Part shown: piece after piece, positions 41,604-53,110 of the stretch | Numbering within the stretch: the stretch's first letter is position 1 | Layout: every line of letters begins with the position of its first letter | NCBI GenBank assembly: GCA_030390025.1 | Contig: JASTWF010000341.1 | Span: 312,001-376,000, forward strand | Reading direction: 5' to 3' | DNA: 64,000 nucleotides | Source: Squalus acanthias | Lineage: Eukaryota | Translations under genes and position numbers: made by a program | The notes under the pieces: model-generated | Seen by the model: only the letters and a program-made list of their open reading frames with translations | Databases searched by the model: none | Told to the model about the DNA's origin: nothing

Positions 41604-41645
41604 TCACCTGAGGAAGGAGCAATCGATAGCTCCGAAAGCTTGTGA
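41604..41645 (+). ncRNA. Minimal type I hammerhead ribozyme motif
   Basis: TCAC-CTGAGGA-A-GGAGC(aatcgata)GCTCC-GAAA-GC-TT-GTGA: stem I, CUGANGA, stem II, GAAA, palindromic AGCU in place of helix III, UH site. Confidence 0.8.
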
Positions 41646-42406
41646 TTTCAAATAAAACTGTTGGACTATAACCTGGTGTTGTGCGACCTCTCAATTTTGT
41701 CCACTCCAGTCCAACACCGGCATCTCCGCATCATGACCTCTATTTATAAAGCCCAGGATCCTATATGCTTTATTAACTGCTTTGTTAACCTGCCCCGTCA
41801 CCTTCAAAGATTTGTGCACAAGCAACCCCAGGTCTCTCTCTTCTTGCTCCCCCTTTTAAATTGTACCATTTAGCATGTATTGTCTCTCCTCATTCTTCCT
41901 ACCAAAATGTATCACCTCACACTTTTCTGTGTTAAATTTCATCTGCCACGTACCCGCTCATTCCATCAGCCTGTCTATGTCCTCTTGAAGTCTATTACTA
42001 TCTTCCTCAGTCTTTACTACACTTCCAAGTTGCGTGTCATCTGCAAATTACGGAACATCCCAAGAACAAATTTTTTAAATCTATCAAAATGAAATTATTT
42101 TTCCCATTTGTGCATTTTTACAATTGTCTTAATTACGCTTTAAAAAGATAACACTTATTGAAAGGGTTGGTTGTATTTTTAAGGATATTACATCCTAACT
42201 AGACTATGGAAAGCTCTACAACATGGTGTACAGCATTTGGCGTTTCGCATAAAAGGTTACAATTTAAACTTATAGGAGTGAGGTTTCAGGGTTAAATATG
42301 GGAACTGTACAACAATTAGTTGAATGGTGGGTACATTTTAAAGGAATTTTATCAGGATTGGGGGCAAATACTAAATGCAAATCAGGACTCAGTACACTGT
42401 AATATT

Positions 42407-43114
42407 GCCTTTGAAATTGACCGCAAGTTCGGGATTTCCGTATGCGCTTGCGCTAAATCGCGAACTTGCGATGTCAAGTTCCGACTAGACAGATTATCCG
42501 CTGCGATTGTCAAATCCTCATTGCTGGTGAGAAGTTGGGCTAATTGCCCACCAACCGCACAGCAATTATGCTGGAAAATTTTACAGCTGGAGCAAACAGG
42601 CGCAGGAGCCTGTTTGCACAGTGTAAGGAGGGGGGGGGGGGGGTGGATAAGAAAATTGAATAAATAATTACAAACAAACACATAAAAGTGTCATACATCA
42701 ACCTACCAGGCAGCTGTAAAGGCTCGGTTTGCGGGATGAGATATTTTTTTTAATCCTGCAGTCTTCCAGTAAATAACTGCACTTACTCCAAAGTATTCCC
42801 TGTGCTTTTTAAAGCCAAGTAGTGTATTTGTCAAATAAATATTCACACCATTTAATTTACAAGTTGATTGACGTCGGGCATCGGCAATTTCGGTTTCCTG
42901 ATTGGCTAGTGAAAGGAGCACTACGCCACGTGATCCAAGGTACGCTTCCGCACAACGGTGCGCCCCTGGGATCCATGGGCCACTACCCTGCACACAACTC
43001 TGCAGCATTTCAAAGCAAGTTTTCGTTTGGGGCCTCGCACCAGGTAAGTGCGGATTTCGTTCGGAGGTCGGTGGCATACTCCTCAACTACGCCGCCAACC
43101 GCAATTTCAGGACC
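42407..43114. mobile_element. Degenerate Harbinger-like MITE
   Basis: Ends GCCTTTGAAATTG / CAATTTCAGGACC; ATT on both flanks; CpG-rich termini. Confidence 0.55.
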
Positions 43115-43159
43115 ATTGCGTCCAATTACTGCACTGCAGCGATCAACAAAACAAGTTGA

Positions 43160-43670
43160 ATGCAAAATTATACAGCCAAAACTGCACAGCACAAGTCAGA
43201 GGAAGTCATGCTCAAACTGTGTAGCATTCTGATCAGACTGCACCTTGAGTTCGAGTCATTGAGACAAGAGATATTCAAGCTCTGGAAACACAGAGCCATG
43301 ACAGTGATCCCTAATGTCAGAAGACTGAGTTATGGCAAAAGAGTGGAGAAGGTTGGGCTGTTCAGTCATGAAGTGACTGAGAGATAACCTCAGATATGAG
43401 AGTACATGGTATAGAAAAACAAAATTTGAATCGCTGCTCAAACTAAACTGTGGCATTAAGACAAGGGGACACATGTTCAAACTAATTAAAGGCAAATTTA
43501 AGACCTTATGTCAGGAACTTCAAACAAAAATGATTAAAATAACACCTGGAATAAACTACCAAGTAGGTTAGTGGAGGCAAAAACACAAATTATCTAAGAA
43601 TCACTTGATGCTGTGATGGTGGAAAGTATAGGGTATTTTTGGATGGGTCAATTGGCCTTCCTCATCTGTT
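43160..43670 (+). mobile_element. Old CR1 3' fragment
   Basis: LIRLHLEF and RLSYGKRVEKVGLFS resemble CR1 LVRPHLEY / LSYEERL..LGLFS. Confidence 0.6.
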
Positions 43671-44033
43671 TCTCTCATGACTAAGGGCTATACTTGATGA
43701 TATGCATCTTGACAAGAATGCAAGATTAAAGATATTGCCTAGAGAAATCATTGATCGTATAAAAATACTATTAGGACTTTGCTGCTAGCTCCAGCCACTT
43801 CAATAGCAAACAAATCTTTAATTTTTGTAGAGGTGCCATCAGGCATTAATCAATGTATGCTTTGAAAAATAGTCAAGTCTACTGATATAGGGAATCATGA
43901 TCATATATTTCTGTTGTAGAACAAATGAAAACTGTCATCCCAATTTGTTGTTGATACTGTTACTAGGTGTAGCCAATCTTGTTAATCAGATTTTAAGCAC
44001 CACTTTTGTTCATTTCAAACTATTACATTTGCA

Positions 44034-45143
44034 AAATAACAACAGAAAACGCTGGAAAAACTCAGCAGGCCAGGCAGCATCCGTGGAGAGAGAAAGAGAG
44101 TTGACGTTTCAGGTCGATGACCTTTCATCAGAACTGGGAAGAGCTGGAAATCAAATAGATTTAAGGCCAGGGTAAAGCTGGGAAAAGGGGGAGGGGATAA
44201 AGGAACAAAGGAGGAGATGAAGAGACATTAAGAGACATTAAGAGATATGCAAGGCTAGAGGTGGTGTTAATGTGACAGATTAAGGCTGAATGAAGTGTGA
44301 AATCTACTGGCAGAATGAAGGACAGCTGCCAGCTTCTAGGAGGAAAAAAAAGGTGGGGGGGACAAATAAAAGGGTGGATAAAATAAAATATAAATGTGAT
44401 TGGAGCTGAGGTTATGATCTAAAATTGTTGAACTCGATATTGAGTCCAGAGGGCTGTAGCGTGCCTAAACGAAAGATGAGGTGCTGTTCCTCGAGCTTAC
44501 GCTGAGCTTCCGTGGAACAGTGTATTAGGCCGAGGACGGTGAGGTCAGAGTGGGAGTGAAGCGGTGAATTAAAGTGACAGGCCACCGGGAGCTCGGGGTC
44601 CCCCTTACGGACTGAACGGAGGTGTTCCGCAAAGCGGTCACCCAATCTGCGTTTGGTCTCCCCAATGTAGAGGAGTCCACATCGTGAGCAGCGAATACAG
44701 TATACTAAATTGCAGGAAGTACAAGTAAATCGCTGTTTCACCTGGAAGGGGTGTTTGGGGCCCTGGACGGTGGGAAGAGGGGAGATATAAGGGCATGTGT
44801 TGCATCTCCTGCGCGTGCACGGGAAGGTGCCGGGCGAAGGGGAACTGGGGGTGGTAGAGGAGTGGACTAGGGTGTCGCGGAGGGAGCGGTCCCTGCGGAA
44901 TGCTGAAAGGGGAGGTGAGGGGAAGATGTGTTTGGTGGTGGGATCACGCTGGAGGTGGCGGAAATGGCGGAGGATGATCCGTTGAATGTGGAGGCTGGTG
45001 GGGTGAAAGGTAAGGACAAGGGGAACCCTATCGTGGTTCCGGGAGGGAGGGGCAGGGGTGAGGGCAGATGTGCGGGAGATAGAACGGACACGGTCGAGGG
45101 CCGTGTCGACCACGGTAGAGGGGAATCCTCGGTTGAGGAAAAA
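44034..45143 (-). mobile_element. Penelope-like element, second family, 5'-truncated, uninterrupted GIY-YIG C-terminal ORF (44412-45143)
   Basis: RVPLVLTFHP, PCTRRRCNTC, LVYCIRCSRCGLLYIGETKRRLGDRFAEH, GLNIEF. Confidence 0.92.
44099..44135 (-). ncRNA. Minimal type I hammerhead ribozyme motif
   Basis: - strand AGTT-CTGATGA-A-AGGTC(atc)GACCT-GAAA-CG-TC-AACT, with palindromic ACGU and a GUC cleavage triplet. Confidence 0.85.
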
Positions 45144-46366
45144 TTTTGCATTTGCATTTGCAGATTGTTTCATCACTGTCTCTTCCTGTTACAAAGATTT
45201 CACATACCTTAATAGTTTTGTGATCCATTTATACCATTGCTTTTCATTAAAATAATGTACTGGGCTTCCATACACTTACAAAACAGAATTTCTTCAAGAC
45301 TAAATCTTACCTTTTACATTCATTTTTGGTGATTTTTGTTAGAAAAAAATACAGACAGTCCAGTAAAATCTCAGAATTGAAGTTGTCATCTCAAACTTCT
45401 AAAAGCCTACTTCAGGGTCATGGTCAAGAACTACAATTGCACCCACAATACCATTGGACTCAATCAACATAATTGCAAATTCATATGCATGGAACAGCCT
45501 CTATTGAGGTCAGAACTGGTCACAACTGCATTGATTGAGAACATAAAATACTTTGGGAGCACTGTAGCAATGTTAAAAATTATGGCTTGGAATAAGTTTT
45601 AATACAAACTATTCAAGCTTTGTGGCTTATTTCAGCACCTTTTAATTGTTAAAATGTAATCAAATGGAGGTCAGATGCCTTCACAAATGGCAAGAAAGCT
45701 AAACCAGTTTACAATAGTCATTTAACCAGAGATCAGGTATTATATTAGTTCCATCAGTAACAGCGTAATTCCATTATTTTTGCATAGGCAGCAGTCAGTT
45801 GGTGTGACAACGGTTGAGAAGGGAAAGATTAACTGAATTACAATAATTTTATTAGTAATCACGCAAACACCAGCCTTTAAGAAGTGTTCCCTTCGTCAAA
45901 ATGTTCAAACATCTTATGGGTTAGTTGGTTGGATGGAGAAGGGTTAGCCATGTATGGCTTTCCAGATAATAAGGTGTACGATTCAAGACTTCATGTTCAA
46001 GTTTATTTAAAAAAGTAAAACGGTTTGGCACATATTTTCGTGAAGACTCATTCTGGTCCTTGTTCTATACTTAAAAGAAATGGCACCCAGGCTTGACAAT
46101 TCTAGTTTTAAAAATGGGTCCAATCTTGACGGGTTTTAGTTACTCTCTAACATTTCCTTGTGACAGAAGCAGGCAAAACCATGCGACAACACTGGTGTAA
46201 AGGTGCTGGGCGGAGTCCAGCACCGAGCAATTGTCCTTGTGCTTTAGGCCCAGCTCCTCTGCACTGTGCCCTCCCCCCACATGGGGCTTTTAACACACAC
46301 ACGCGCCCGGCGAGGACACTAAAGGCAAACAGAAGAGGCCGCGGATTCGGAGCATTCGGGTTGTAC

Positions 46367-46408
46367 CTTGGTCTCCTTCGCTTTGTCGTATTTACTGAAC
46401 CTCTTCAT
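46367..46408 (-). CDS. Candidate first coding exon of an unidentified host gene (MKRFSKYDKAKETK)
   Basis: ATG with A at -3 inside the CpG-rich segment, in-frame stop upstream, ends AAG|GTACAA in phase 0. No homology recognised. Confidence 0.4.
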
Positions 46409-47019
46409 CCTCAGCTCTTGTCCTATGGCCGTCAATTTAAACACGCGCCATTACCATCCCAACATACACCGCGACTGACTCACACCCCTCCTCCCCCGCC
46501 CGGCTGGGACTCGGGGAAACTTTCACCCGGCCCTCGGTTCCCCCCACACACCGAGCACTTAGGCCTGGGCTTATACTCGGTGCCCCACGGCACAGCACGC
46601 ACCCCGGAATGTTGGCACAAGGCGCGCGGGAGACATTCTCACCAGCCCCCGCAACCCCTTTAATTAAAATCACAACACAGCCCACACCACCTCGCTCAAA
46701 GCGAACGGCGCACACCAGCAACCAATCATACTGCGCGTGGACGAGACTGACATTGCTCCTAGCCAATCATGAGCGAGTTTTGTTAGTGAGCTGTGCCAAT
46801 CACATTGCACAGTCAGCGTGACGTTACTTGACTGAAATTAAAGGTATCCAATCAGATCAAGCATACTGACACGGCGCAAGGTCAGCCGTGCGGGGCCCTC
46901 TGGGAATTGTAGTCTTGCAATGTCGGCATTTCTTTTCTGAACTGAGGGTAAACGACCAGCGGAGGACAACAACACCCAACATGCATAGCGCTCCATAACC
47001 AGGGGCCAACGTTACGGAA

Positions 47020-47091
47020 CCGGAAATTGATGTAGGCTAGCAACTGTCGTTGGGGTAAATGAATCCGTAATTAGCTTGTCGATTCCATTTG
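47020..47091 (+). other. Candidate non-coding first exon of a + strand gene
   Basis: Strong donor TTG|GTAAGT at 47091/47092 just downstream of the ETS/ZNF143 motifs. Start is approximate. Confidence 0.5.
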
Positions 47092-47605
47092 GTAAGTGTT
47101 ACAACGCAGTTTTTATAACTAGCAGGTAAACAGGGGGTGAAACGGAGATATTTGGGGTTTGTTGCGAGGTGCTATTACGTTAACAAACCTTATCTAGCCT
47201 CAATTATTTCCATTGAGGCTCACTGATGTTTGTGGTGAAAACAGTTGAGGCGCACTGGAAATTAACGGACCTCTCATCACTTAGGGTGTGTTTTCATCTC
47301 CCTTATTGCTGATGGTCGGTACTGGACACACATACAGTTCAAGTGTATATGCAGTTAATACCAACTTTTCATATTCTTGTTGCTTGCTCAATCCTTACAG
47401 GATAACAGTTTAGCATTAACAATGTTCTGCGAAAAGGGCGAAATGACTAATTTAAAATGCAAATTTAATTAATAGATTAAAATGAATGTTTGTGAGGTTG
47501 TACTGGTAACTTGGTTTTGTCGTCGCACTAATAGTATGAAATCTGAAGGTATTTCGTCTTGTGTAGTCAAAACAAATACAAAAAGTAAACTACGTCAATA
47601 TACCA

Positions 47606-48250
47606 AACAACAACAACTTGCATTTATATAGCGCCTTTAACGTAGTAATACGTCTCAAGGCAATTCACAGGAGCGTTACGAAAGAAAACTTGAAACCAAG
47701 CACAGAAGGAGATATTGGAACAGGCTAGGTCAAAGAGGTAGGTTTTAAGGAACGTCTTAAAATAGGAGGGAGAGGTATAGGAAGGGAATTCCAGACTTAG
47801 AGCTTGGGGCCTACGTAGCTGAAGGCACGGCCGCCAATGGAAGAGCGATGAAAATTGGTGATGCGCAAGAGGTCAGAATTGGAGAAGCGCAGAGATCTTG
47901 GAGGAGCATAGAGCGATAGGGAGGGTGAGGCCATGGAAAGATTTGAAAACAAGGATGAGAATTTTAAAATTGAGACATTGCTGGACTGGGAGCCAATATA
48001 GGTCAGCGAGCACAGGGGTGATGGGTGAACATAACTTGGTGTGAGTTAGGATATGGGCAGCAGAAATTTGGATGAGCTCAAGTTTACGGAGAGTGCAAGG
48101 TGGGAGGCCAGGAGAGCATTGGAATTGTCAAGTCTAGAGGTAACAAAGGCATGGATACGGGTTTCAGCAGCAGATGGGCTGAGTCAGGGGCAGAGACAGG
48201 TGATGTTACGGAGGTGGAAGTAGGCGGTTTTAGTGTTGGAGCGGATGTGA
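47606..48250 (-). mobile_element. L2 3' fragment (followed by a + strand CR1 tail at about 48285-48357)
   Basis: (CAA)n-CTTGCATTTATATAGCGCCTTTAA on + is the L2 3' end; GGCCTACTCCTGCTCTTATTTCTTACGTTC is the CR1 3' end. Confidence 0.85.
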
Positions 48251-48579
48251 ATGTGTTTGAGAGATGGAAAAGCATCACTAAAGTTAACTTATTGAATGGC
48301 AGAGCAGGCTCGAAGGGCCAAATGGCCTACTCCTGCTCTTATTTCTTACGTTCCTAAGAGAGGAAAAAATAAAAATACAATTACAGAACAGAGTAAGAAC
48401 ACGGGTTTGCAATGTATTTTTAAAAACTGGCGAGACATCTGATTGCAGCCTATTGGATGGTGATTCTTAAAGGGATTTGATGGTATTTACATTTTGTTGA
48501 CCCATCAATCCTAAGAAACAGCAATTGTCTCAAAGAGCAGAGTTGAAGAATATATCTGTTTATTGAGAAACTCTGTTGG

Positions 48580-50903
48580 TGTTCCTCGTATCACTCTTCA
48601 CCCACACCCCCTTTCCCGACCCCCCAACCCTACTTCTTTTGTGTCCGCCCCTGGAAAAAACTCTCTCCCTACTCTCTTACAACTGCACTTACAAAATCCC
48701 AACTGTCCAGCCTTTGGCCCTCCATTCACCACGACATTACTGCAGCGACCGATCTGCTCAACCACACACTCGCCACCACCTTTGATGCCCTAGTCCCTAT
48801 TAAAACAATTACTCTCTCTCACCATGGCCGTTCCCCCTGGTACGGCCCTCATCTTCGCTCCCTTAAGTCCAAGAGACGCAGATTTAAATGGATATGGTGG
48901 ACAACTGGTTTAGCCATCCACCGCCAGATCTGGCTGGACCACATAAAGCATTATCGAGTCCTGTTCTCATCTGCCAAAATTGCTCACTATTCCAGAATCA
49001 TTCTGGAATGCAAAGATAAACCACAGCTTCTATACTCTACTGCTAACCGTCTTCTTAAACCCCTCTCCCCTGTCTCCTCCACCCTCACCTCCGACAACAA
49101 GTGTGAGAAGCTCATGGACTTCTTTATCTCTAAGATTGAGACCGTCCGTTCAGCTGCCTCAGCCACTTCCCTTCCCATAGCCCACTGGGCCAAATTTCCT
49201 CTAAGGTTCCCCCCTGCCCTAGCCCTGAACTCATATCTTTCTCCAGTTTCTCACAAATCTCCTCTCATGACCTCTCTGTGCTCATCTTGTCTATGAGACC
49301 CACTTGCTGGTCCCTCGACCCTATTCCCACCAAAGTACTGACCATCCAACTTCCTTTTCTGGCTCCCATGTTAGCTGACATTGTTAATAGTTCTCTCTCC
49401 TCAGGTACTGTCCCCCTCTCCCTCAAATCTGCCGTCATCACCCCTCTCAAAAAAACAACCCTTGACCCCTCCGTTCTTGCAAACTACCGCCCCATCTCCA
49501 ACCTCCCTTTCCTCTCCAAAGTCATTGAACGTGCTGATGCCTCCCAAATCCGTGCCCATCTTTCCTGCAACTCTATATTTGAATCCCTCCAATCAGGTTT
49601 CCGCCCCTGCCACAGTACCGAAATGGCTCTCATCAAAGTCACAAATGACTTTGTGACTGTGACAAAAGTAAACTATCCCTTCTTGACTTGTCTGCAGCCT
49701 TTGACATGGTTGACCACTCCATCCTTCATCGCCTCTCCACTGTCGTCTGCCTGGTTCCATTCTTATCTATCTAATTGTAGCCAGAGAATCACCTGCAATG
49801 GCTTCTCTTCCCGCTCCCGCATCGTTGCCTCTAATGTCCCCCAAGGATCTATCCTTGTCCTCCTCCTATTTCTCATCTACATGCTGCCCCATGGCGACAT
49901 CATCCGGAAACATAGTGTCAGTTTCCACATGTACGCTGACGACACCCAGCTCTACCTCACCACCACTTCTCTCGACTCCTCCAATGGTCTCTAAATTGTC
50001 AGACTGCTTGTCTGACATCCAGTTCTGGATGAGCAGAAATTTTCTCCAATTAGATATTGGGAAGACCGAAGCCATTGTTTCCGGTCCCCGCCATAAACTC
50101 CGTTCCCTAGCCACTGACTCCATCCCTCTCCCTAACATCTGTCTGAGGCTGAACCACACTGTTCATAACCTTGGTGTCATATTTGACCCTGAAATGAGCT
50201 TCCGACCACATATCTATCCACAGCATAACTAAGACCGCCTATTTCCACCTCTGTAAAATCACCCATCTCGGCCCTTGCCTCACCTCATCCGCTGTTGAAA
50301 CCCTCATCCGTGCCTTTGTTACCTCTAGACTTGACTATTCCAATGCACTCCTGGCTGGCCTCCCACGTTCTACCCTACGTAAACTTGAGGTCATCCAAAA
50401 CTCGGCTGCCTGTGTCCTAACTCGCACCAAGTCCCATTCACCCATCAGCCCTGTGCTCGCTGACCTACATTGGCTCCCAGTTAAGCAACACCTTAATTTC
50501 AAAATTCTCATCCTTGTTTTCAAATCCCTCCATGGCCTCGCCCCTCCCTATCTCTGTAATCTCCTCCAACCCCACAACCCCCCGAGATATCTGTGCTCCT
50601 CTAATTCTGCCCTCTTGAGCATCCCTGATTATAATCGCTGAACCATTGGTGACTGTGTCTTCTGTTGCCTAGGCCTAAGCTCTGGAATTCCCTGCCTAAA
50701 CCTCTCCGCCTCTCTACCTCTCTTTCCTCCTTTAAGACGCTCCTTAAAACCTACCTCTTTGATCAAGATTTTGATCATCTGCCCTAATTTCTTCTTATGT
50801 GGCTCAGTGTCAAATATTTTGTCTTATAACACTCCTGTGAAGCCCCTTGGGACGTTTTACTATGTTAAAGGCGCTATATAAATACAAGTTATTGTTATTG
50901 TTA
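48580..50903 (+). mobile_element. L2 LINE, 5'-truncated
   Basis: NYRPISNLPFLSK, FHMYADDTQLY; L2 3' tail. Confidence 0.93.
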
Positions 50904-51276
50904 TCTTCTGGTAAACAACTGATACCTGTCACTCAATAAATTTGCAATGATTGTGTCACAATCATTATCCTGTTATTCAGGGTGTTAAGTACATGGAGCA
51001 TCCCAGCTATCCATGCAGCTATGGAAACCCTTTCCAATAAAAATGAACATAAACTCTACAATATTACGTATTTTAAAGTCCCAGTCACCCATCACCCCTG
51101 TGATGGTCTCTTCGCTCAGGAACTAATCAAGTTCCCTTTTAACAGACCAGCAAATCCATATCCAACACTGCGTCAGCAGTCTGTTCCAAAGGGCAGTGAC
51201 TCTTTTATGTACATCTAAGCGGGCAGACGGGGCCCTGAAGAGCAGCAACATTTCCAAGAACCATCTAAACCTTATC

Positions 51277-51500
51277 CCCAGTGTCTTGGCCAATATTTAT
51301 CCCTCAATCAACATCACTAATAAAAAACAGATTATCTGGTCAGTATCACATTGCTGTTTGTGGGAGCTTGCTGTGCGCAAATTGGCTGCCACGTTTCCTA
51401 CATTACAACAGTGACTACACTTGAAAAGTACTTCATTAGCTGTAAAGCGGTTTGGGACATCCTGAGGTCATGAAAGGAGGTATATAAATGCAAGCTCTTT
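51277..51500 (+). mobile_element. 3' half of the DeuSINE-like SINE
   Basis: Reverse-complement similarity to 34238-34450. Confidence 0.75.
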
Positions 51501-51687
51501 ATTTTTCTTTCACACAATCTCTTGGGAGAGCCAAAAAAAAGAGAAAAACCCGCTGCCAAATCAGGGAAAACTTTCTACAATTTCTTTCTGACTCTCTAAC
51601 GCAATCAAGCAAAGCTCCAGAAGACTACAGAAGGTCATAAATCCTAATCCCAGGCAAATAGAGAATTCATCTCTATAGCTGGAAATA

Positions 51688-53110
51688 CAACTTGCATTTA
51701 TATTGTGCCTTTAATGTAGTAAAACGTCCCAAAGCGCTTCATAGGGGGGTAATCAGACAAAAATTGACACCGAACCAAAGAAGGAGACATTAGGACAGGT
51801 GACCAAATGCTTGGTCAAAGAGGTAGCTTTTAAGCAGCTTCTCAAAGGAGGAGAGAGAGGTGCAGAGGTAAAGAGATTTGGGGAGGGAATTCCAGAGCTT
51901 AGGGCCTGCAATAAGAAAATATTGTGTCAGTACCACCACTACCCGACCAGAATGCAACGCTTGCCTTCAGCAATGATTGATCTGCTATTGCTATAGCATC
52001 TTCATACATGTATGAGAAAGGTGAAATTGAACACCTTTGGCATGGCCACCAATGGTGGGGCGAAGGAAGTGGGTGATGCACAAGAGGCCAGAGTTGGAGG
52101 ATCGCAGAGGTTTGTAGGGCTGGAGGAGGTTACACAGGTGGGGGCAAGCCACGGAGGGATTCGAACATGCAAATTTTAAATTTGAGGTGTTGGTGAACCA
52201 GGAGCCAATGTAGGTCAGCGAGTTTCCGCCCCTGTAACAGCACTGAAGTGGCCTAATCAAAGTCACAAATTACATCCTTTGAGATTGTGACCCTGGTGCA
52301 CTATCCCTCCTCATCCTTCTCGAACAGTCTGCAGCCTTTGACACATTTGACCACATCATCCTCCTTTAACGCCTCTCCTCTGTTGTCCAGCTGAGTGGGA
52401 CTGCTCTTGCCTGTTTCCACTCTTACCTATCCAGTCGAAGCCAGAGAATCTCCTGCAATGGCTTCTCTTCACACCCCCCCCACCCCCACACCGTTACACC
52501 TGGATTCCCCAAGGAACTAACCTCAGCCCCCTCCTATTTCTCATCTACATGCTGCCCCTCAGTGACCTAATCCGAAGACACAACGTCAGGTTCCACATGT
52601 ATAATACCCAGCTCTACCTCACCACCACTTCTCTCAACACCTCCACTGCCTCTGTGTCGTCAATCTGCTTGTCCGATATCCAGTCTTGGATGAACCGAAA
52701 TTTCCTCCAATTAAACACTGGGAAAACTGAAGCCATTGCCTTCAGCAGCCACCACAAACTCCGTTCCCTAGCCACCAGTTCCATCCCCCTCCCTGGCCAG
52801 TGTCTCAGGTTGAACCAGACTATTCGCAACCTCGGCACTCTATTTGACCAGGAGCTGAGCTTTGTACCCCATATCCTCTCCATCGCAAAGACTGCCTACT
52901 TGCACTTCGTAATATTGTCTGTCTCCGCCCCTGCCTTAGCCCATCTGCTGCTGAAACGCTCATCCATGCTTTTATTACCTCCAGACTTGACTATTCCAAT
53001 GCTCTCCTGGCCGACCACCCATCTTCCACCCCCCATAAACTTGACCTCATCTAAAACTCTGCTTCCCGTATCCTAACTCGCACCAAGTCTCGTTCACCCA
53101 TCACTCGTGA
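51688..53110 (-). mobile_element. L2 with inverted 5' portion (51688-52221 on -, 52222-53110 on +)
   Basis: The two pieces are contiguous in the L2 sequence seen in other copies (CCCATCACCCCTGTG|CTCGCTGACCTAC). Confidence 0.8.

Larger units (their letters stand above)
37819..41736 (+). mobile_element. Penelope-like element (probably Neptune clade), 5'-truncated, with inverted copy of its 3' 1.45 kb
   Basis: RT motifs IKPADKGG, LPKIHK, GRPIVS, DVSALYTSIP, GTAMG, RYIDD; Cys-rich linker PCHGKLCKTC; GIY-YIG VVYLIRC...YIGET...RMNEH. Left arm 37819-39265 is the reverse complement of 40275-41696. 14-bp TSD CCTCTATTTATAAA (37805-37818, 41737-41750). Confidence 0.95.
36067..42050 (-). mobile_element. 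CR1 fragment split by hAT and Penelope insertions (pieces 36067-36646, 37798-37818, 41737-42050)
   Basis: LFSLEQRRLRGDLIEVFKII; host sequence resumes across both insertions (GTACTC...ATGCCTCTATTTATAAA...GCCCAGGATC). Confidence 0.8.
46200..47100. promoter_or_regulatory. CpG-rich, probably bidirectional Pol II promoter
   Basis: CCAATCA at 46722, 46763, 46796, 46848; ZNF143/SBS motif GACTACAATTCCCAG on - (46900-46914) and a degenerate one on + (46965-46990); tandem ETS-like ACGGAACCGGAAAT (47014-47027); TGACGT at about 46819. No TE-like termini. Confidence 0.8.
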
